From positions 2,592,001 through 2,656,000 of the forward strand of contig OY729428.2 in the NCBI GenBank assembly GCA_963422375.2: DNA of 64,000 nucleotides, given 5' to 3'. The notes beneath the pieces are model-generated. The model was not told the DNA's origin. It worked only from the letters and a program-made list of their open reading frames with translations, and did no database searches. Source of the DNA: Bryobacterales bacterium (GTDB lineage: Bacteria; Acidobacteriota; Terriglobia; Bryobacterales; UBA6623). Below, one piece after another: positions 62,258 to 64,000 of the stretch. The translations under genes were made by a program, and so were the position numbers. Each line of letters opens with the position of its first letter. Position 1 is the first letter of the stretch.

Positions 62258-62923
62258 TCAGACGGCCCTCAGTAGATCGGGGAAGTCGTGGCGCGAGCTG
62301 TTGACTGCGCGGCCGACGCGTCGGCACTCGAACGGCCCGGCGACCGGCGACCGGACCAATTCAAGGAGCTCCCCGCGCGGCGCCGCCGGGTCGAGCCACT
62401 CCCGGTACCTCTCCTTGGCAATGATCGACGGCTGCCTTTCGTGAACGTAGCGCAACGCGTCCGAGGCCGGGCACGTGAGGATGACGAAGGAGGATACCGG
62501 CCCCGCTCCCTTGTCCCAGACCTCCCAAAGGCCGGCGAATGAGAACGGCCCCCCTTCCGGCGAGATCCACCACGGCTGCTTGCCGGATTCGTCCCGCTGC
62601 CACTCGAACCAGCCGCTGGCGGGGACGAGACAGCGGCGGCGCCGGAAGGCGCTGCGAAAGGACGGCTTGGAGTCGACGGTCTCGGAGCGGGCGTTAATCA
62701 TGCGGGCGCCGATCTTGGGATCCCGGGCCCACGAGGGAATGAGGCCCCAGCGATGGATGGCAATCTCGCGCCCGCCCGAGACGTTCAGCCTACAGAGGGC
62801 GAACTCTTGGGTCGGCGACCCGTTCCAGCGCCTCTTCGGAGCGGGCACCCCGGATTCACCGCTCAGGCTGTATAGGTCGTCGAGATCGCTCTCGTCAATG
62901 TCCTGAGTGAATCGGCCGCACAT
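62258..62923 (-). CDS. SOS response-associated peptidase (SRAP/YedK/HMCES family abasic-site protein)
   Basis: N-terminal MCGRF, WGLIPSW, INARSET, RRCLVPASGWFEW, FAGLW, H.R.P. Confidence 0.95.
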   Translation of the reverse strand: MCGRFTQDIDESDLDDLYSLSGESGVPAPKRRWNGSPTQEFALCRLNVSGGREIAIHRWGLIPSWARDPKIGARMINARSETVDSKPSFRSAFRRRRCLVPASGWFEWQRDESGKQPWWISPEGGPFSFAGLWEVWDKGAGPVSSFVILTCPASDALRYVHERQPSIIAKERYREWLDPAAPRGELLELVRSPVAGPFECRRVGRAVNSSRHDFPDLLRAV

Positions 62924-63133
62924 GGATACAGAATACAGCCCGCGGCACGGCAACCGAACGGCGCGAAGCGCGTCCGGGACGGGCCCGCGCGGCAGCAATA
63001 TCGGCGCCGTGCTTAAGTGAGAGGGGGGGCGTCGTGCCTGCCACGCGCCCGGCGCGACGGGTTAACGGTTTCGCCTGCCCGCGCGTCTAACTGGCAGACA
63101 GCCGCGCCCGCCGGGAAGCATGTCGCCACATCG

Positions 63134-64000
63134 ATGAGCACTCGAATCAAGGCCTACATCTTTCTGCTGGCCGCCGTCCTGCTGTGCGGCGGGGGCTACT
63201 TCGTCTCCGGCATGCTCAGGTCGGACAGCGACGCCGCGAGGGATGCGGCCAAGAGCGAAGAGGCAGCCGACGACGAGGCGATTCCGGTTGCGGTCGAGAC
63301 CGCCGCGCTCGGTCCCATCACGCGCTCGCTGACTTCCACGGCCAATCTCCGCGCCCGGCGCGAGGTCGCCGTGGCGACCCGGGCGGCGGGCATCGTGACC
63401 GCCGTCCGCGCGGAGGAAGGCGACTACGTGGCGGCGGGCGACCTGCTCTGCTCGCTGGACGACCGCGAATTGCGCATCGACTTGGAACTGGCGCGACAGC
63501 GCCTCGCCCAGACCCGGATCCAGTTCGAGGCGGCCGGCATCCGCACCGAGCAAACGTCCACCAAGCTGGGCAACAAGCGCGTCGAACTCGAACGGAACGA
63601 GGAGGCGCTGGCCCAGGGCCTGCTCGCGGATTCGGAAGTGGCCGTCCAGAGACACGAGATCCAGGACCTCGAGCACGAGCTGCGGGCCGTCGAATCCACC
63701 GTCCGGGAGACGCGGCATCGGATCGACGAACTGGAGTCCGAGATCGAGAGAGCCAAGCTGATGATTTCCCAGACTTCCGTCACGGCTCCGTTCGGCGGGC
63801 GCATCACCGAGCGGACGGTAGAGCTGGGCCAGTCCGTGCGGGTCGCGGACCAGCTTTTCAAGCTGGGTTCGTTCAGTCCGCTCTACGCCGACATCTTCCT
63901 GCCCGAACTGGATTCGCGCGAGGCGCGTCCCGGCCAGAAGGTGAATATCCGCGTGGGGGCGGGCGAGGTCGAGTCAGTCGCGGGCGAGGTCGAGCGGGTT
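63134..64000 (+). CDS. RND efflux periplasmic adaptor (membrane fusion protein), truncated by the window end
   Basis: N-terminal TM MSTRIKAYIFLLAAVLL; IPVAV, G.V..V..EEGDYV..GDLL..LD, coiled coil, TAPFGGRI...VELGQ.V. Confidence 0.88.
   Translation, partial: MSTRIKAYIFLLAAVLLCGGGYFVSGMLRSDSDAARDAAKSEEAADDEAIPVAVETAALGPITRSLTSTANLRARREVAVATRAAGIVTAVRAEEGDYVAAGDLLCSLDDRELRIDLELARQRLAQTRIQFEAAGIRTEQTSTKLGNKRVELERNEEALAQGLLADSEVAVQRHEIQDLEHELRAVESTVRETRHRIDELESEIERAKLMISQTSVTAPFGGRITERTVELGQSVRVADQLFKLGSFSPLYADIFLPELDSREARPGQKVNIRVGAGEVESVAGEVERV

Noticed and set aside
60400..62923. MutS-like ATPase plus SRAP as a DNA-repair module explaining the mutation signature
   Set aside because: The genes are convergent, and this MutS lacks the mismatch-binding domain; no evidence of a functional link.
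1..64000. tRNA, rRNA, CRISPR array, integrase or prophage genes
   Set aside because: None recognised by eye; tRNAscan-SE, Infernal and CRISPR finders would be needed to exclude them formally.

Overview
GC-rich bacterial chromosome segment. The gene set (DUF1552/DUF1592 pair, Tat-exported DUF3500, TonB-type receptor, secreted PHP-like hydrolases, sulfatase) suggests Acidobacteriota or a similar lineage; this is inference only. Left arm (0.4-17.8 kb): a fused NirB-NirD nitrite reductase with a GAF-ANTAR regulator, an MmeI-type R-M remnant, DUF1552/DUF1592 genes, a secreted PHP-like protein, and a split, gene-order-permuted NAD-linked formate dehydrogenase. Its catalytic subunit reads through an in-frame UGA followed by a SECIS-like hairpin (selenoprotein). 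Middle (18.4-38.6 kb): a nested mobile-element graveyard with IS30, three IS1595 types, an IS5/IS1182-like element, IS630, an ISNCY-like element with a 255-bp MITE sharing its ends (second copy at 9.2 kb), IS1380 and an ORF-less group II intron. Most boundaries are fixed by visible TIRs and TSDs. The dead transposases share a conspicuous decay signature of A:T->G:C changes (often CTGG/CCAG->CCGG) plus 10-18-bp perfect tandem duplications. Right arm (38.9-64 kb): gnd, HAD hydrolase, TonB-type receptor, PD40-PHP hydrolase, an IS-disrupted Clp-fold protease, PQQ-propeller, MaoC, sulfatase, rplU-rpmA, two glycosyltransferases, membrane MutS-like ATPase, SRAP and a truncated RND adaptor. No tRNA, rRNA or CRISPR was seen. 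All family assignments are motif recognition by eye, not database results.
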